From Octopus sinensis (lineage: Eukaryota): a stretch of 64,000 bases of DNA. The DNA lies in contig NC_043013.1 of the NCBI RefSeq assembly GCF_006345805.1, forward strand, positions 49,228,001 through 49,292,000, given 5' to 3'. Positions within the stretch are counted from its first letter, which is position 1; each line of letters opens with the position of its first letter. The notes beneath the pieces were generated by a model. It made no database searches and was not told the DNA's origin. It saw only the letters and a list, made by a program, of their open reading frames with translations. Below are positions 1 through 15,000 of this stretch, piece after piece. The position numbers and the translations under genes were made by a program.

Positions 1-95
1 ATTTAAAATTTTTACAGGAAATTGTGGATATTCCAGTTTTTTAGAGTTATTTTTCAGTTGTTCTGCAGGGTTGTACAGGTGGTTTTGTGTCTTCG

Positions 96-306
96 GCTGG
101 CGAGCTAGCAGAATCGTTAGTACGCTGGACGAAATGCTTAGCGGTAATTCACCTGTCGCTACCTTCTGAGTTCAAATTCCGCCGAGGTGGACTTTGCCTT
201 TCTTCCTTTCGGGGTTGATGAAATATGTACCAGTTGAACACTGGGGTCAATGTAATCGACTATCTCCCCCCCTTAAATTTCAGGTTTTGTGTCTTTGGTA
301 GAAAGG

Positions 307-308
<2 letters not shown>
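96..308 (+). mobile_element. SINE family A (tRNA-like head, Meta/MESC-like central domain)
   Basis: B-box gagttcaaattcc; gccttt..cctttcgggg..gtaccag core shared with about 12 copies in the window; followed by (TTA)n. Confidence 0.8.
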
Positions 309-359
<51 letters not shown>

Positions 360-376
360 TATTATTATTATTATTC

Positions 377-1462
<1,086 letters not shown>

Positions 1463-1475
1463 ATTATTATTATTA

Positions 1476-1547
<72 letters not shown>

Positions 1548-1549
1548 TT

Positions 1550-4345
1550 CCAGTTGATTTGCATTTCATTTCATCCTCAGACCAGGTCTCAATCAGAGAC
1601 CTAAGGACGTATATATTAGATGGAGAGATTGATATCAACACAGTTTTTTAGTCTCATAGTTTGTTGGTTCCACAGAGGTCTGGTCAAAACATTTATCAGT
1701 ACCTTTCTTGATTATTCCCAGAGCAACTACAAAAGCAGGGATGCTGTTGGTTTTTAGCTGCCATGTCCTAGATATCTCAATCTCAAGATCCTTATACTTC
1801 GACAGTTTTTCAAATTAAGTTTTCCAATTAACAAGCATGTATTTTGTCTTAAGTCTTGATGACGATGCCTGGTTTGCTAGCATTTATTTGCGTGTACATA
1901 TGTATCTCATAATACCATAGGATGGTAACATTCTCTTCCTCAGTGACTGGCTCTGGATGGTGTTCATACCAGTTCTTAGAGTGCAGGATGTCACTGTGAC
2001 GGCATATGCTCCAGTGCAGATTAGCCAACTCGATCATACTTGGTTTTATATTCTATAGGAGCAAAGACTGAGCAGCCGGCAACAGTGTGGTCCACATTTT
2101 CAAGTTTGTCATTGTTCATTGCAGAGTCTACACTTCGTGTCTATCTCATTGTGTGTAATATTAGCTTGATAGTTCCGAGTGAGGAGACTGATCTTGTGTC
2201 GCTAAGATAAATCTTTCCGTTTCGGCTTTCAAATCAATACTCTGCAGCAACTGATGGGCTCCTCTATGTACATGAGCTTCTCCAGCTCGCTTAGGGTGTT
2301 GCCCATGCAATGGTTTTTCTTGCCACGGTCTTGATATTTCCTTCATGTTTTTTGTTTGGCTTTTGCTTTACCCTTTTTTGCCGCCTTAGTGGTTGGTGTG
2401 TCTTCCTTGACCCCATCATAAACAGAGAGGTTAAGCCCTGTCTGTAAATGCCTGATTGGAAATTGAGTGCAGTTTCTTACTCTGTTCGTGTTGTCTTACC
2501 AGCTGTTTCATCCAGTTGGTGTTACTTTGGATGTGCACTTGGAGTCCTATTGCTGTCGTTTTATAGGACACTTCAAGCTGTATTAAGCCTCCTCTGCCTT
2601 CCTTTCGTTGGAGATAGGGCCTGTGAGCGTCTGATTTTTGGATGATGCATCCAGTTTAGTGTCAGCAGTTTCCTGGTCTTTATGATCATACGCCGGAACT
2701 CACTCAGATTCCAGTTGATGACATTAAGGCTATAGTGGACAACTGGTATCACCAGGGAGTTTATAGTGGCAATTCTATACTGGGGGTGGTTCAGCTCAGT
2801 ATTCAGGACAATTCTGACATATCTATAATACTCTTTCCTGATCTTCTCTTTCATTGATCCGTGTTGAATCCCTTACTCTTCCTGTATCCCAAGATACTTA
2901 TAAAAACCATCATGGTCCAGGTCCTTGATAGATGTATCATAATCAAGTTGGATCACTTTACCACGTTTGAACGAAGCTTTGCACACTCGTCAAAGCCAAA
3001 TTCCATATTGATGTCGTCACTGAATCTTTTCAAAGTTACTAGTAACCCTTTCAGATCCTTGTCATATTTTGCATATCATCCACTTAGATCATCCACGTAG
3101 AGCAAGCGTAAGATGATCTAGTCAAATATTTTGTAACTGTAATTTATTCTATTCAGCTCATAGGACAAGGGAATGAGAGAAAGAAGAGGAGAGAGGAGAG
3201 TGAATCGTCCTGGAATATTCTACGATCTATTTTGATGCTCTTTGATACATACGAGCCTTTCTCGTTGTTGAGAAATAATTTTGTGTTCCACCGTTCCATA
3301 CTGCGTTGTAGAAAACCTTTAAAGAAAAGAGGGATCCTGTATATATTTAGTGCTTTTAAAATCTAGCTATGTGGGACACTGACAAATGCCTTACGAAAGT
3401 TAATCCAAGGAGTCTAGGACATTAACCTCTACCAAGGACAATAAACCCCACCAAGAGCAATTACCTCTGGGAGCAATATATGATGATTTAAAACTTAATA
3501 TATTGGTGAGAGGGTAATTAACCAAGTGGGGTATTTGTCTTAGGGGATAGTTGTCGTCGGGAGAATTGTCCTATGGGCGGTAATTGTCCTAATACGAATC
3601 CCTGTTGTACTGGGTTTTGTTTTTTTGGATGAGGAATTTTCGAGTATCATGCTGTTTATTAATTGCTGGTATTAGTAGCTGTATGTGTTCCTTTTGCACC
3701 GTTTTTTGTCCAAAATAAAGGATGTTGTTCATCGAGAAATTGATACATCGTTTTGGTGAGGATGGATGTAAATATTTTGTAAATGGTGGTCAAATAAGTG
3801 ATGGGCTTGTATTTTTTGGGGGTGGGGGTTGTGTCTCTTGTTTTAGGGAGTAAGTATGTTATCCCTAATGTTGACCAAACTTGGAGAACTTTCAGGGTTA
3901 ATGATGATGTTAGAGAAACAGTCCATTTAATGATGGTGTGATTACGAGGGACTTTTAAGTCAGAAGTTTGGGATTTTATCATGTCAGGGAGATTTAGATA
4001 CAACTCGAGTTAGTTCCTGCATTGTAATATCGTTCTCCTGTTCTTCAATCTTCGCCATTCTTTCTTCTTCTTTCCCTATCCATTCAGCTTCTTTCTTAAA
4101 TTCCTTTCTATCGCACCATATACGTTTTCCAAAATGTCACTGCTTCTTTCATATCACGACTGTTTCTCTAACTCTCTGTAGAATTTCTCAGCATAAGTTT
4201 TAGATATCTTATTTTATCTGTAAAATTTGTTTCACTTTTCATACCTGCGTAAACGTTGGGCCTTAACCCACTCTGTTTTTTTTTGTTTTTTTTTTTTGCT
4301 TAACCATCTCTTTTGCTCTCAGTACGTCATTCACCTTTACCAGAT
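1550..4345 (-). mobile_element. Degraded Dong/R4-clade retrotransposon (RT + RLE remnants)
   Basis: GITYLLPK..KYKPITYLTTIYK, KIRKEYYR..AINSL, WQEKPLHGQ, KPGIVI; many stops and frameshifts. Confidence 0.85.
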
Positions 4346-4356
4346 TATTATTATTA

Positions 4357-4400
<44 letters not shown>

Positions 4401-4502
4401 CATTATTATTATTTTTATTATTTTTATTATTATTATTATATTATATTATTATTATTATTATCATCATCATCATTATTATTATTTTTATTTTTATTTTTAT
4501 TA

Positions 4503-4545
<43 letters not shown>

Positions 4546-4567
4546 TATTATTATTATTATTATTATT

Positions 4568-4860
4568 GAGTGGGAGAGCAGTGCATGCCATCAACGTAAT
4601 ACTGGGCTAAAATTACGAAGCCCAGTATACCCATCATGACTATCCCCCCTGATAAGGGTAAACTAGGCACATGCCTCACAATCATATGTGCAAACAGGGC
4701 CCAGTAAGAATTTTCTTCAGGTCATGTAGCCCATCGTACTGAAAAGGTCCCTGAATAAGGTCTGTTTAAGGATGTTGAACGAAACACCCATGTTTCCAGA
4801 TGTGAATTATCTAAACCCCGAAGAATTCCTATCAACACATGGTTATGATGCTCCCCCACT
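4568..4860 (-). mobile_element. Non-coding ~290 bp element in (TTA)n; truncated sister at 4898-4990
   Basis: Both flanks (TTA)n; second copy keeps only one end; termini agtgggagagca / tgctcccccact are complementary. Confidence 0.55.
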
Positions 4861-4861
4861 G

Positions 4862-4897
<36 letters not shown>

Positions 4898-4987
4898 GAG
4901 TGAGAGAGAAGTTCATGCCATCAAAGTGACACTGAGGTAAAATATACGAAGCCCAATATACCCATCATGACTACTCGTCTGATAAGG

Positions 4988-5043
<56 letters not shown>

Positions 5044-5046
5044 CAC

Positions 5047-5091
<45 letters not shown>

Positions 5092-5096
5092 CACCA

Positions 5097-5146
<50 letters not shown>

Positions 5147-5202
5147 TATCACCATTATTATTATTATTATTATTATTATCACCATTATTATTATTATTAT
5201 TA

Positions 5203-5243
<41 letters not shown>

Positions 5244-5253
5244 CATTATTATT

Positions 5254-5930
5254 CCTTCGTAACACAGTATAGGTTAAAATGCACCGAAGTCTTTAGTCAT
5301 CAGTCAAGTCAAAACAAGGACCTCAGACAGATAATACTTTCCTTAAAAGTGCGTTGTGCCTAATATGGCTGCTTTTTGCAAGACATCAAACTTGTACTAG
5401 ATTTCTAGTTGCTTTTACATTACCCTCTCGCATTCCATAAAGTCTTGCTATTTCCACTTTCAATTCGGAGTAATTGGTGATTTTCCCGGCCTCTTTATTT
5501 ACAATTCATGCCATCAATGATCTGACATCAATGATCTGACAGTATTTGTTTCTCTTATGACAATATCAGGTCGACTGTATTCGATTACGCGATCCGTCTG
5601 AAAGTCATAGTCCCAGAGTGTCGTTACTTTTCCATCCTCCTGCATAACTTTACTTGGTACATACTCATACCAGTTCTCTGTTACTTCATATTGGTATTTA
5701 CGGCATAAGAGCCAATGAAGATACACAGACACTTTATCGTGGCGGCGCTTGTATTCTTTTTGTGCAAGGTTCTCACATCCACTTATCAAGTGGGTCTCAT
5801 TTTCCCCACTCTCTCCACAGAGTCTGCATTTCTGAGTGTCAGAAGTTTTATAGAAGTTATAGATAATTGAATTAGTAATGAGAGCCTGGTCTTTTGCAGC
5901 AATGATCAGGCTTTCGGTGATACGCTTCTA
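5254..5930 (-). mobile_element. Dong/R4 3' fragment
   Basis: HLISGCENLAQKEYKRRHDKV..WDYDFQTDRVIEYSRPDIVI. Confidence 0.85.
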
Positions 5931-6059
5931 ATCAAATAGTAATTCAAAAATAAATTTTATTATTATTATTTTTTTCTTTCTTCAACTTTTCTTCCATTTC
6001 TCGCCGAGTATTTTCCATACACCTAGGTAAAATATGTATCTAAAAAATTAATAAACAAA

Positions 6060-6422
6060 TAAATTCATGAATGGATGTTGTTTTCACAGCGATAATGCTC
6101 TTCTTAGTACATGAGTCGTTCCAGTTAACATGATTTTTGGCACTTCCTGTAGGGATGGTAAACCTGGAATCATTTTCAAATAGGTTTCAGTACTTTTTTT
6201 TTTATCATTCCTAGAGATCCTACAATCACTGGTACTGTAGTCACCTTGAGATGCCACATTTTTTCAATTTCTATTAGCAAGTCTTTATATTTACTGATCT
6301 TGTCAAATTCTTTCGCCGCTATATTGTGATCGCAAGGAATACTCATGTCAATTAATAAACACATCCTTTTTGTCTGATCTTTTATAATAATATCTGGTTT
6401 ATTAGCTTTTATAGTTTTGTCG

Positions 6423-6425
<3 letters not shown>
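6060..6425 (-). mobile_element. Dong/R4 3' fragment
   Basis: KPDII..CLLIDMSIPCDHNIAAKEFDKISKYKDL..VPVIVGSLG. Confidence 0.85.
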
Positions 6426-6729
<304 letters not shown>

Positions 6730-7300
6730 AACATCAAATGCAGAGTGTGCAACCAGCACAATGAAACAGTTGACCACATCACCTCTGGCCATCCAGCTCT
6801 TGCAAAATCTGAACATATATATATAGACATGACCGAGAAAGTGGTTGTATCCACTGGACAATATGCTAGCACTATCACAAGAAATGGCATAAACATGTCC
6901 CAAACAAGGCACAGGACAACGGCCAGGCCACAAGCATCTGGGATATGCCTGTTTAAATAGACAAAGAAATAAAAGCTAATCAGCCGGACATAATAATCAA
7001 GTATTGGAAACACCTGCTTACTGATGAACATTGCAGTTCCTTCTGATCAAAATATTGCCCCCAAAAAGAAGGGGAGAAATAGGCAAAATACAAAGACCAC
7101 GAAATTGAAGTATTCAAGATGTAGGGCGTGAAGGTGAAAGTAATACCAGAAATAATTGGAGCATTGGGCTTGATATTAAAAAAATATATATGAACAAAAA
7201 CGTAGAAGCCATACCTGGATCCACATCACTACACACTATCCAAAAAATAGCGCTGCTAGGAAGAGCCTACATTCTACGCAAGACACTATCAATTCAGTAA
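6730..7300 (+). mobile_element. Dong/R4 3' fragment
   Basis: CRVCNQHNETVDHITSG, NQPDIII, IQKIALLGRAYILRKTL. Confidence 0.8.
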
Positions 7301-7344
7301 TACAAGCCAAGCAAAAAAAATCCACAATCACGAGACACACACTA

Positions 7345-7755
7345 TCTTTTACTCTTTTACTTGCTTCAGTCATTTGACTGCGGCCATGCTGGAGCACCGC
7401 CTTTAGTCGAACAAATCGACCCCGGGACTTATCCTTTGTAAGCCAAGTACTTATTCTATCGGTCTCTTTTTGCCGAACCGCTAAGTGACGGGGACGTAAA
7501 CACACCAGCATCGTTGTCAAGCAATGCTAGGGGGACAAACACAGACACACAAACACACACGCACATATATATATATATATTATATATATATACGACAGGC
7601 TTCTTTCAGTTTCCGTCTACCAAATCCACTCACAAGGCATTGGTTGGCCCGGGGTTATAGCAGAAGACACTTGCCTAAGATGCCACGCAGTGGGATTAAA
7701 CCCGGAACCATGTGGTTGGTTAGCAAGCTACTTACCACACAGCCACTCCTGCGTC
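7345..7755 (-). mobile_element. SINE family B (tRNA head, CORE-like block, internal (TA)n(TG)n, tail gactgaaacaagtaaaagag)
   Basis: Matches about 14 copies in the window. Confidence 0.88.
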
Positions 7756-8098
7756 TGTATATATAGCAAATATCAAATAAAATAAACCACGAACAGACTG
7801 GATACCCAACAGAAGAACGCAACTCGCATTACAAACAACACACAATACAAACAAACACTAATGCAAAAAAAAAAACACTGCAACCAGATTCAGTAAAATA
7901 CAAAATGACGCAATACAAAACCAGCAAGAGTTTGCAATCCTTTAACAACAAGAAAAGAACACACAATACTGCATTCAACCCCAGCAACACAGAGGTGTGG
8001 CAGGTGATCCAGTAGAAGTTTGCGTGAAACTACCAAATGTTAAGTCAATAATAATAATAATAATAATAATAATGATGATGATGATGATAATGATGATG

Positions 8099-8159
<61 letters not shown>

Positions 8160-8164
<5 letters not shown>

Positions 8165-8532
8165 CAGCAAAATGTGGAACCTGAAGACTAAAACAATACT
8201 TGTTGTCATAGGTGCCCTGGGAATGATAGCAAAAGGGGCTGATCGGTACCTAACTAAGACACCAGGAAACCCCCCAAAATGGCAGAAAGATAGTGCTCAT
8301 GGGAACTGCTCATATTCTACGCAAAATACTTTCTATGTAATCTCAAGTTTTAAAACAAACATAATTTTCATTTTTTTTTTTAGATATTCACTAGTACAAC
8401 ACTAAATACAAAACCAAATATATGGCACACTAGGTATAACAACAACACGAACTTCCAACCTGTTGTCTCTTGAAGTCTCTGGGTGAGACTTAGAGCCAAC
8501 TTGTACAAATATAAAGCAAAAGTCAAACATAG
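8160..8532 (+). mobile_element. Dong/R4 3' end fragment
   Basis: MWNLKTKTILVVIGALGMI; flanked by (TAA)n. Confidence 0.8.
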
Positions 8533-8550
8533 AATAATAATAATAAAATA

Positions 8551-9224
8551 GCTAGAAAAGCACTCGGAGAGCGAGGACCTCCGCCAAGCAGCTCATTTCC
8601 ACTCATATATACACATGCTGAAAATCGCCCCACGCCGGCAAAAATATAACCTCCTTAGCGGGGGTAAAAAAAAAACCTTTAAAAACAAGTATCATCTGAA
8701 GCAGTTCACAACCATCAATGTTATCATGACGGTTACCTTGACAGTCACTTTCACCACCACAACCAGTATAACCACTGCAATACCACCATCACACAACTAA
8801 CACTATCATCAACACCACTATTACCACCATCACCTCAGCATCACACATCACACTGCTCCTGTCAACATTATAACCACCGATACTATTTTATGCTCCTCCC
8901 ATACTTATCTCGACCATCGTCATCATCAACACTGTCTCTAAACAGCAACGCCACCATAGGTTACGTGGAAATGATGTGTTTTCAAGGGAGATAATCAAAG
9001 AACGTAACATTGTAATAATTCATGTAAAGTAGATGTAACAAATGAAAAATCCTTCAAGAATCCATTAAAATTTCCAGATCACTACCAAAATTTCATCATC
9101 TGTTCCTTGTGTCATTACCAACTTTTCCTGCAAGTTTCATCAAATACTGTTTTAAGTTATTTTGCACACAGACGGACAGACGGACAAACCAACGCCGTCC
9201 TTCCTTGGCTCCTTCCTTGGCGGA

Positions 9225-9230
<6 letters not shown>
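8551..9230. mobile_element. Helentron-associated non-autonomous element (HINE-like)
   Basis: Sub-terminal inverted repeats acctccgccaag (8577) / cttggcggaggt (9216); (gaca/gacg) microsatellite near end; ctagaaaagcactc terminus. Confidence 0.65.
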
Positions 9231-9257
<27 letters not shown>

Positions 9258-9272
9258 TAATAATAATAATAA

Positions 9273-9631
9273 TAGCCAAGACGAAGAGCGCGATTCGATT
9301 GTAATGGAGTTCAAAATAAAAAGTGATAAAAATTCAAAATCATAGAAATTTAAATGTAAAGTATGAACGAGAGCAACCAGCGTCCACACGCTGATGGAAT
9401 GACATCATCAGTCTTTAAGTTACAATTTTAAAGTAGGCGAAAAGAAAAAGACAGAAAAAAACAGAAAAATAATACGACAGAAAATAAGGAAAGAAAAAGA
9501 GAGAAAGAAGAATATTTAATCACACAGTTTCGTATAAATTTGATGATATTCTCCTGTCATCTTATTCATTCCTCCAGGGCGTGATGTTAATAATAATAAC
9601 ATATTTCTCGTTTTGGGCCTCCGTCAATTCA

Positions 9632-9693
<62 letters not shown>

Positions 9694-9709
9694 TAATAAA
9701 AATAATAAA

Positions 9710-9761
<52 letters not shown>

Positions 9762-10050
9762 GCCAAGACGAAGAGCGCGATTCGATTGTAATGGAGTTCA
9801 AAATAAAAAGTGATAAAAATACAAAATTATAGAAATTTAAATGTAAAGTATGAACGAGAGCAACCAGCGTCCACACGTTGATGGAACGACATCATAAGTT
9901 TTTAAGTTTCAATTTTATAACTGGCGAAAAGATAAAGTCAGGAAAAAGGAGGATGATAAAAGAAAAAGAAGGATATCTAATCAAACAGTTTTGTATAAAT
10001 TTGATGATATTCTCCTGTCATTTTATCCATTCCTCCAAGGCGTGATGTTA
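9273..10050. repeat. Two tandem ~300 bp copies of an unidentified repeat, each preceded by (TAA)n
   Basis: gccaagacgaagagcgcgattcg..gtgatgttaat at 9273-9590 and 9761-10052. Confidence 0.75.
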
Positions 10051-10788
10051 ATCACCCGCAAACATGTTTCTCTTCATGCATTCTGAGAAGTGAAAGTGAG
10101 GCAGATTCAGAATATTTTCTGAGAATATGCACTTTCAAGTCTTCTTCAAAAATGCAGCCTGGGAACAGTGAGCAAACATTTCGAGAAGTACGTGGGGCAA
10201 ATGGGAGCTGCAATAAGGGTGGAGCACTTGCAGAAAAACAGCACTGCTTGGAAACGCTCGAATACTTCGGAAGGAGATCAGAAAATAAGGGGTGTTATTA
10301 GCGATAATTACACCACTGCTGGAAATTGATTGCTGGTGAGAGTAGGGGGATAACCCTTACCTTTTACCCTCATAACCGACAGGTGGCGTGACTGAAGGAA
10401 GATAAAACAGCCGGAAAACGATGATCAACACCAAAGGAAGATAATCCCTACCGTTTATATCTGTATCGTTTCTCTCCCTCCATATTTTAAAGAGGCCATG
10501 GGCCAACAGGTCTTAGAATCTGAAGATACGCCATAAAGGTACCCTTTATGGCGAGAAACCAAGGGCAACCCCATAAACCGGCCTTCACCAGTCATAAATA
10601 TAGACTGCTCTACTTCTTTGAGTGTGCATCTTCTCCGGATTTATGTTTTTCTAAAAAATCGATACATACACACACACACACACACACACACACGTGTATA
10701 TAATATAACAATTTGATATTGTATATTATATGTATGTATGTATATATATATATATATAATATATATATATTATATATATATATATATA

Positions 10789-10842
<54 letters not shown>

Positions 10843-10887
10843 TATATGTATATATATATATGTATATATATATATGTATATATATAT

Positions 10888-10933
<46 letters not shown>

Positions 10934-10938
<5 letters not shown>

Positions 10939-11461
10939 TTGTTATATTTCGGAATGGTCATATTGCCAGTTCAGCCAATAAAAACACACGCACTATATAT
11001 TTGGTGTTATTTTGCTTCAGTGATATTTATTTTTTTTTTTACATTAATCTTAATCTTATTTCGGCCAAAGTTCTTTCGTCACACTCCTGTGACCGCATCA
11101 GTGGTCCTTTGTTTTCTTCTCACTTATTTGTGTCTCTCCTTACTAACCGTCAGCCATTTTGTATTTCTATTGCATGTCTTCATTTGCGCATGCTTATATC
11201 TCTATGTGCGTCTATGTTCATTTAGTGTGTGTGTGGGGGGGATGCCTGTAATATTTGTATCTTCTGTTTATATACATTCTTGTAATTTGTATTTTGTTTT
11301 TGTTGTTGTTGCTTTTGTTCTAAGTTTGTTCATGTGTTTACATCCACCCATTATTGTCATTACATATGCTTGTATGTATGTATAACAACAATAATAGTAA
11401 TAATAATAATAAATCTAATCGAAAAAAAAAAATATATATATATATACACACATATATACAC

Positions 11462-11502
<41 letters not shown>

Positions 11503-11914
11503 TACATAGATATATATACATATATATAGTTATTCATTTCTATCTGTTTATTTATCTGTGTATTTATTATGTTTTCAGGATCCTCTATCGTCATATGTTG
11601 TGGTGTGTGCTATTGCTCCATTCTAGTTTTCTATTCAGGCTAGGTTTATTTTCTATTATATGTGTAGCTTCTGTAATTTGTCTAATTGTTGCATCTGTTC
11701 TATGTGTGGACAATATCTTAATCTCTATGTTATTGATTGATCCCCCGTGTTCCTGTTCGGCGTGTTGGTACAGAATCGATGAGCTTTTACCTTCCTTGAG
11801 TTGTCTCCAATGTCATTCACCCGCTCTCCAATGCTTCTTGCTGTTTCCCCTACGTATGTTACTGTCTTGTTACTGCATCGTCCCTCTATACATCTTATAC
11901 TATAAACTACATTT
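10934..11914 (-). repeat. Inverted copy of PLE 3' end (partial GIY-YIG + pLTR)
   Basis: Reverse complement of 15584-16551 with only a handful of differences. Confidence 0.95.
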
Positions 11915-12025
11915 AAGATTAGTGTAAAAAATAAATATCACTGAAGCAAAATAACACCAAATATATAGTGCGTGTGTTTTTATTGGCTAAACTGGCAATA
12001 TGACCATTCCGAAATATAACAATAT
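11913..12025 (+). repeat. Short direct 5' pLTR
   Basis: Matches 16432-16548; contains the ORF ATG at 12000. Confidence 0.9.
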
Positions 12026-15000
12026 CTGTTTCAACACACGACTTCACATAAAAAATCTTTCACAACAAATATTTAAACGTACTAACGTGAGCCATAGCCG
12101 GGCTTGCAAGATGCTGAAGAACACTATATTTTGTTGCCTAAAGAAAACTGTGACAACACAACAGCTTCGTTTTATAAAACAATGTGTCTCGTCCAGGATA
12201 TGTATCAACAAGGTCACAGCCAACGTTAAACGGCTTGACCTCACTAACGGACAAGCGGAAAGACTAAAAAAGGACGCTAATGGTAAATATTAGAAATAGA
12301 ATATACAGAGAGCTGAGCGAACAAGAGAAACGTAAACGTATATTTTAAAAGAAATTAAAAGTATCACCACACGAAAGGAGAAAAGCTACTAATGGATATA
12401 ATATATGAAGAAAACAGACATGTAATACACCAATGCAATATCCATTTTAAGAGGAAGTTATCGTGGTTGAAACAGAAACGTCAATATGAGCTCGCAAAGA
12501 AGAAAGAAGCAGAAGTATCCAGATACAATAAATGGAATTATTATGGAAGATGTGCTACTACCAGAAGAGTTCAATAAAGACAATGAAGCGAACATCTATG
12601 GGGAGTAACGACGGACCCAGATGAAATATCGATACTTCAACTACCACCAAAGTATGCAGTGTATAGTAAGGTGAATACCATCAAATGCCTGTCCGAGATT
12701 GAAAAGTCGTTCACAAAAATACGTTGGAATTTAAATAGATACTATGACAACAACACTTGCGACAACAACAACAACGCGAAAAACACTAACCGCAGCAACA
12801 ACAACACAAACAATAATGACCGCAGCAATAACAACCGTAGCAACAAAAGCAACACGAACCCTAACAGCGGCTACGACAACAACACGAACCTTAACAGCGG
12901 CAACAACAACAACAATAGAAAAAAATGTATGCATAGACACAAACAATAGATACAAAAACAAAACACAAACAGAGAGAAAAAAATCGTATACAACAGCAAC
13001 AACAACAACAATTATAGGGAGAACCGACACACAAACACACACACAGATAGCCATAGTCACAAAGACACGATAAAAGTTGTGTCATAGGGGTCACGATGGA
13101 GAATAAAGTTGAATGCAACAGGATCCTTGGACAGGGAGTCAGCGACTTGAAACAGATAACAATACTCATAGGAACAAAAATAACGACCGCAACAGGGGGA
13201 TTGACAGGGACCAACATACAGACATAAAACCCAACACTAATATAAACAACACATATACCAGAAACAGGAACAATGAATATATCACTAGCGATGATAGTAA
13301 TAATGGCAATGGTAGGAATAAAGGTAATAACAATAATAGTGGTAGTAGTAGTGGTGATGGTAACAGTAGAAGTAGTAATGAGGATAGTAGTGATAGTTGT
13401 GGTGGTAATAGGAATAATAGTAGTAGTGGTAATGGTGATAATAATAATAGGAAGGCTGATGTTGGAAACAGTAACGATAATGAAGATAACCCTAGAGAGA
13501 CCATTGACATGTATACCCATCCCTTTGACACTCAATTCTTCAACGTATGCGACAAAACTTACTGCATGAACCGAATTTATCCAACAACATTACCCTTCAA
13601 AAAAGAGTATACATCCCAAGACGTACTAATGACCACATGGAAGCACAGTTCACTATAGCTAGGACCAAACTTAGACAGATTTTAGGATTATACATTAAGA
13701 GACAGAGACAGAATAAGACAGATGCCCAACAACTAGGGATTAAACCTGCATGTGGCCTACAGAAGCTCATTCAGCGCACGAGGAACGGAGAGGTGATATG
13801 CCTTCCCACGGATAAGTCCGGCAGGATGTCAATAGACAGCTTACCGAACTACATCCAGGCAATGCAACCTCATATCGCCAATACAAAAGTAACAACTGTA
13901 CAGGCGCATGAGGAGAGAGAAAAGGTCCTCAATGCCCACATGATGATGTGGATAATTGTTCTAGGACCCCAGAAACGTACTGCAAAGAATTTCCAAGCCT
14001 GGAACAATGATATCCCGGCACTGTATGGACTTCGCAAGGACCATAAAGTTTTTACTGACCCTATAGCAGGACCACCAACAAGACCAGTCTGTGGAGCGAA
14101 TATCGCTAGCAATTACAGAATCTCCTACTTCCTCTCAATGATCATACGCCCTATATCGGATGTCACCTGATGTGTGTGACAGCACAGAAGATCTCCTAAC
14201 CAGGATCAGTGACTGTAACAAAACTTGTGACTTGACAGGATGTATAGTAGGTAGCATGGATGTGGTATCCCTATACCCATCGATTGACGTAGATTTTGCA
14301 GTGGAGAAGTGCGTGGAGATGATCAACGAGAGCCAGGTGGAGTTCTGTAATGTCGACACAGAAGAACTGGGCCTCCTACTTAGACTGACATATAATAATG
14401 AATACTTAGATAAACATAATCTTAGTAGTTTCTGCCCCAGTATATGTTTAAGAGGTAGACCGCCTACAATTACTTCTATGGCTAGGAAGACACATATAGA
14501 AAGATGGCGCGGATGGACCAGAGCCATACGGAGCCCCGCAAATGTCCATCAGGTAAAGAAAATGATCGCACATGCACTAGGAGCTAGTATAAGAGTTACC
14601 CTAAAAGGCCACACATTTAAATTTAATAATAAAATATATGCCCAGGACGAGGGGGCAGCCATCGGTGTTAGTATCGCTGGTGATGTGGCCAACCTCTTCA
14701 TGGTATGGTGGGACAGAAGGCTTAAAGAATGCCTACTGCAGAAATCCATACTCGTAAACATGTACTCTCGCTATGTTGATGATATCAACATAGTAGTAAA
14801 GGCACCCCCACAAGAGAGTAATGTTGATATCGTAATAGAAACTAATACTATGGAGAGCATCCAGCAAATAGCTAACTCCATCCACCAGAGTATTAAGGTC
14901 ACAATAGACTACCCCACTAAACACCTCAACCATAGACTACCAGTACTAGACACTGAACTCTGGCTAGAAATTGTGAAAAATAAAACCCAAATCCTTCATT

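Noticed and set aside
7524-7766. Recurrent small ORFs (ASFSFRLPNPLT.., VIPAVLFHHNFLS..) suggesting a gene family
   Set aside because: Incidental frames within SINE families B and C.
11334-11927. 197 aa hydrophobic ORF (mirror at 15556-15960 on -)
   Set aside because: Antisense reading of the PLE 3' end plus microsatellite; no independent coding evidence.
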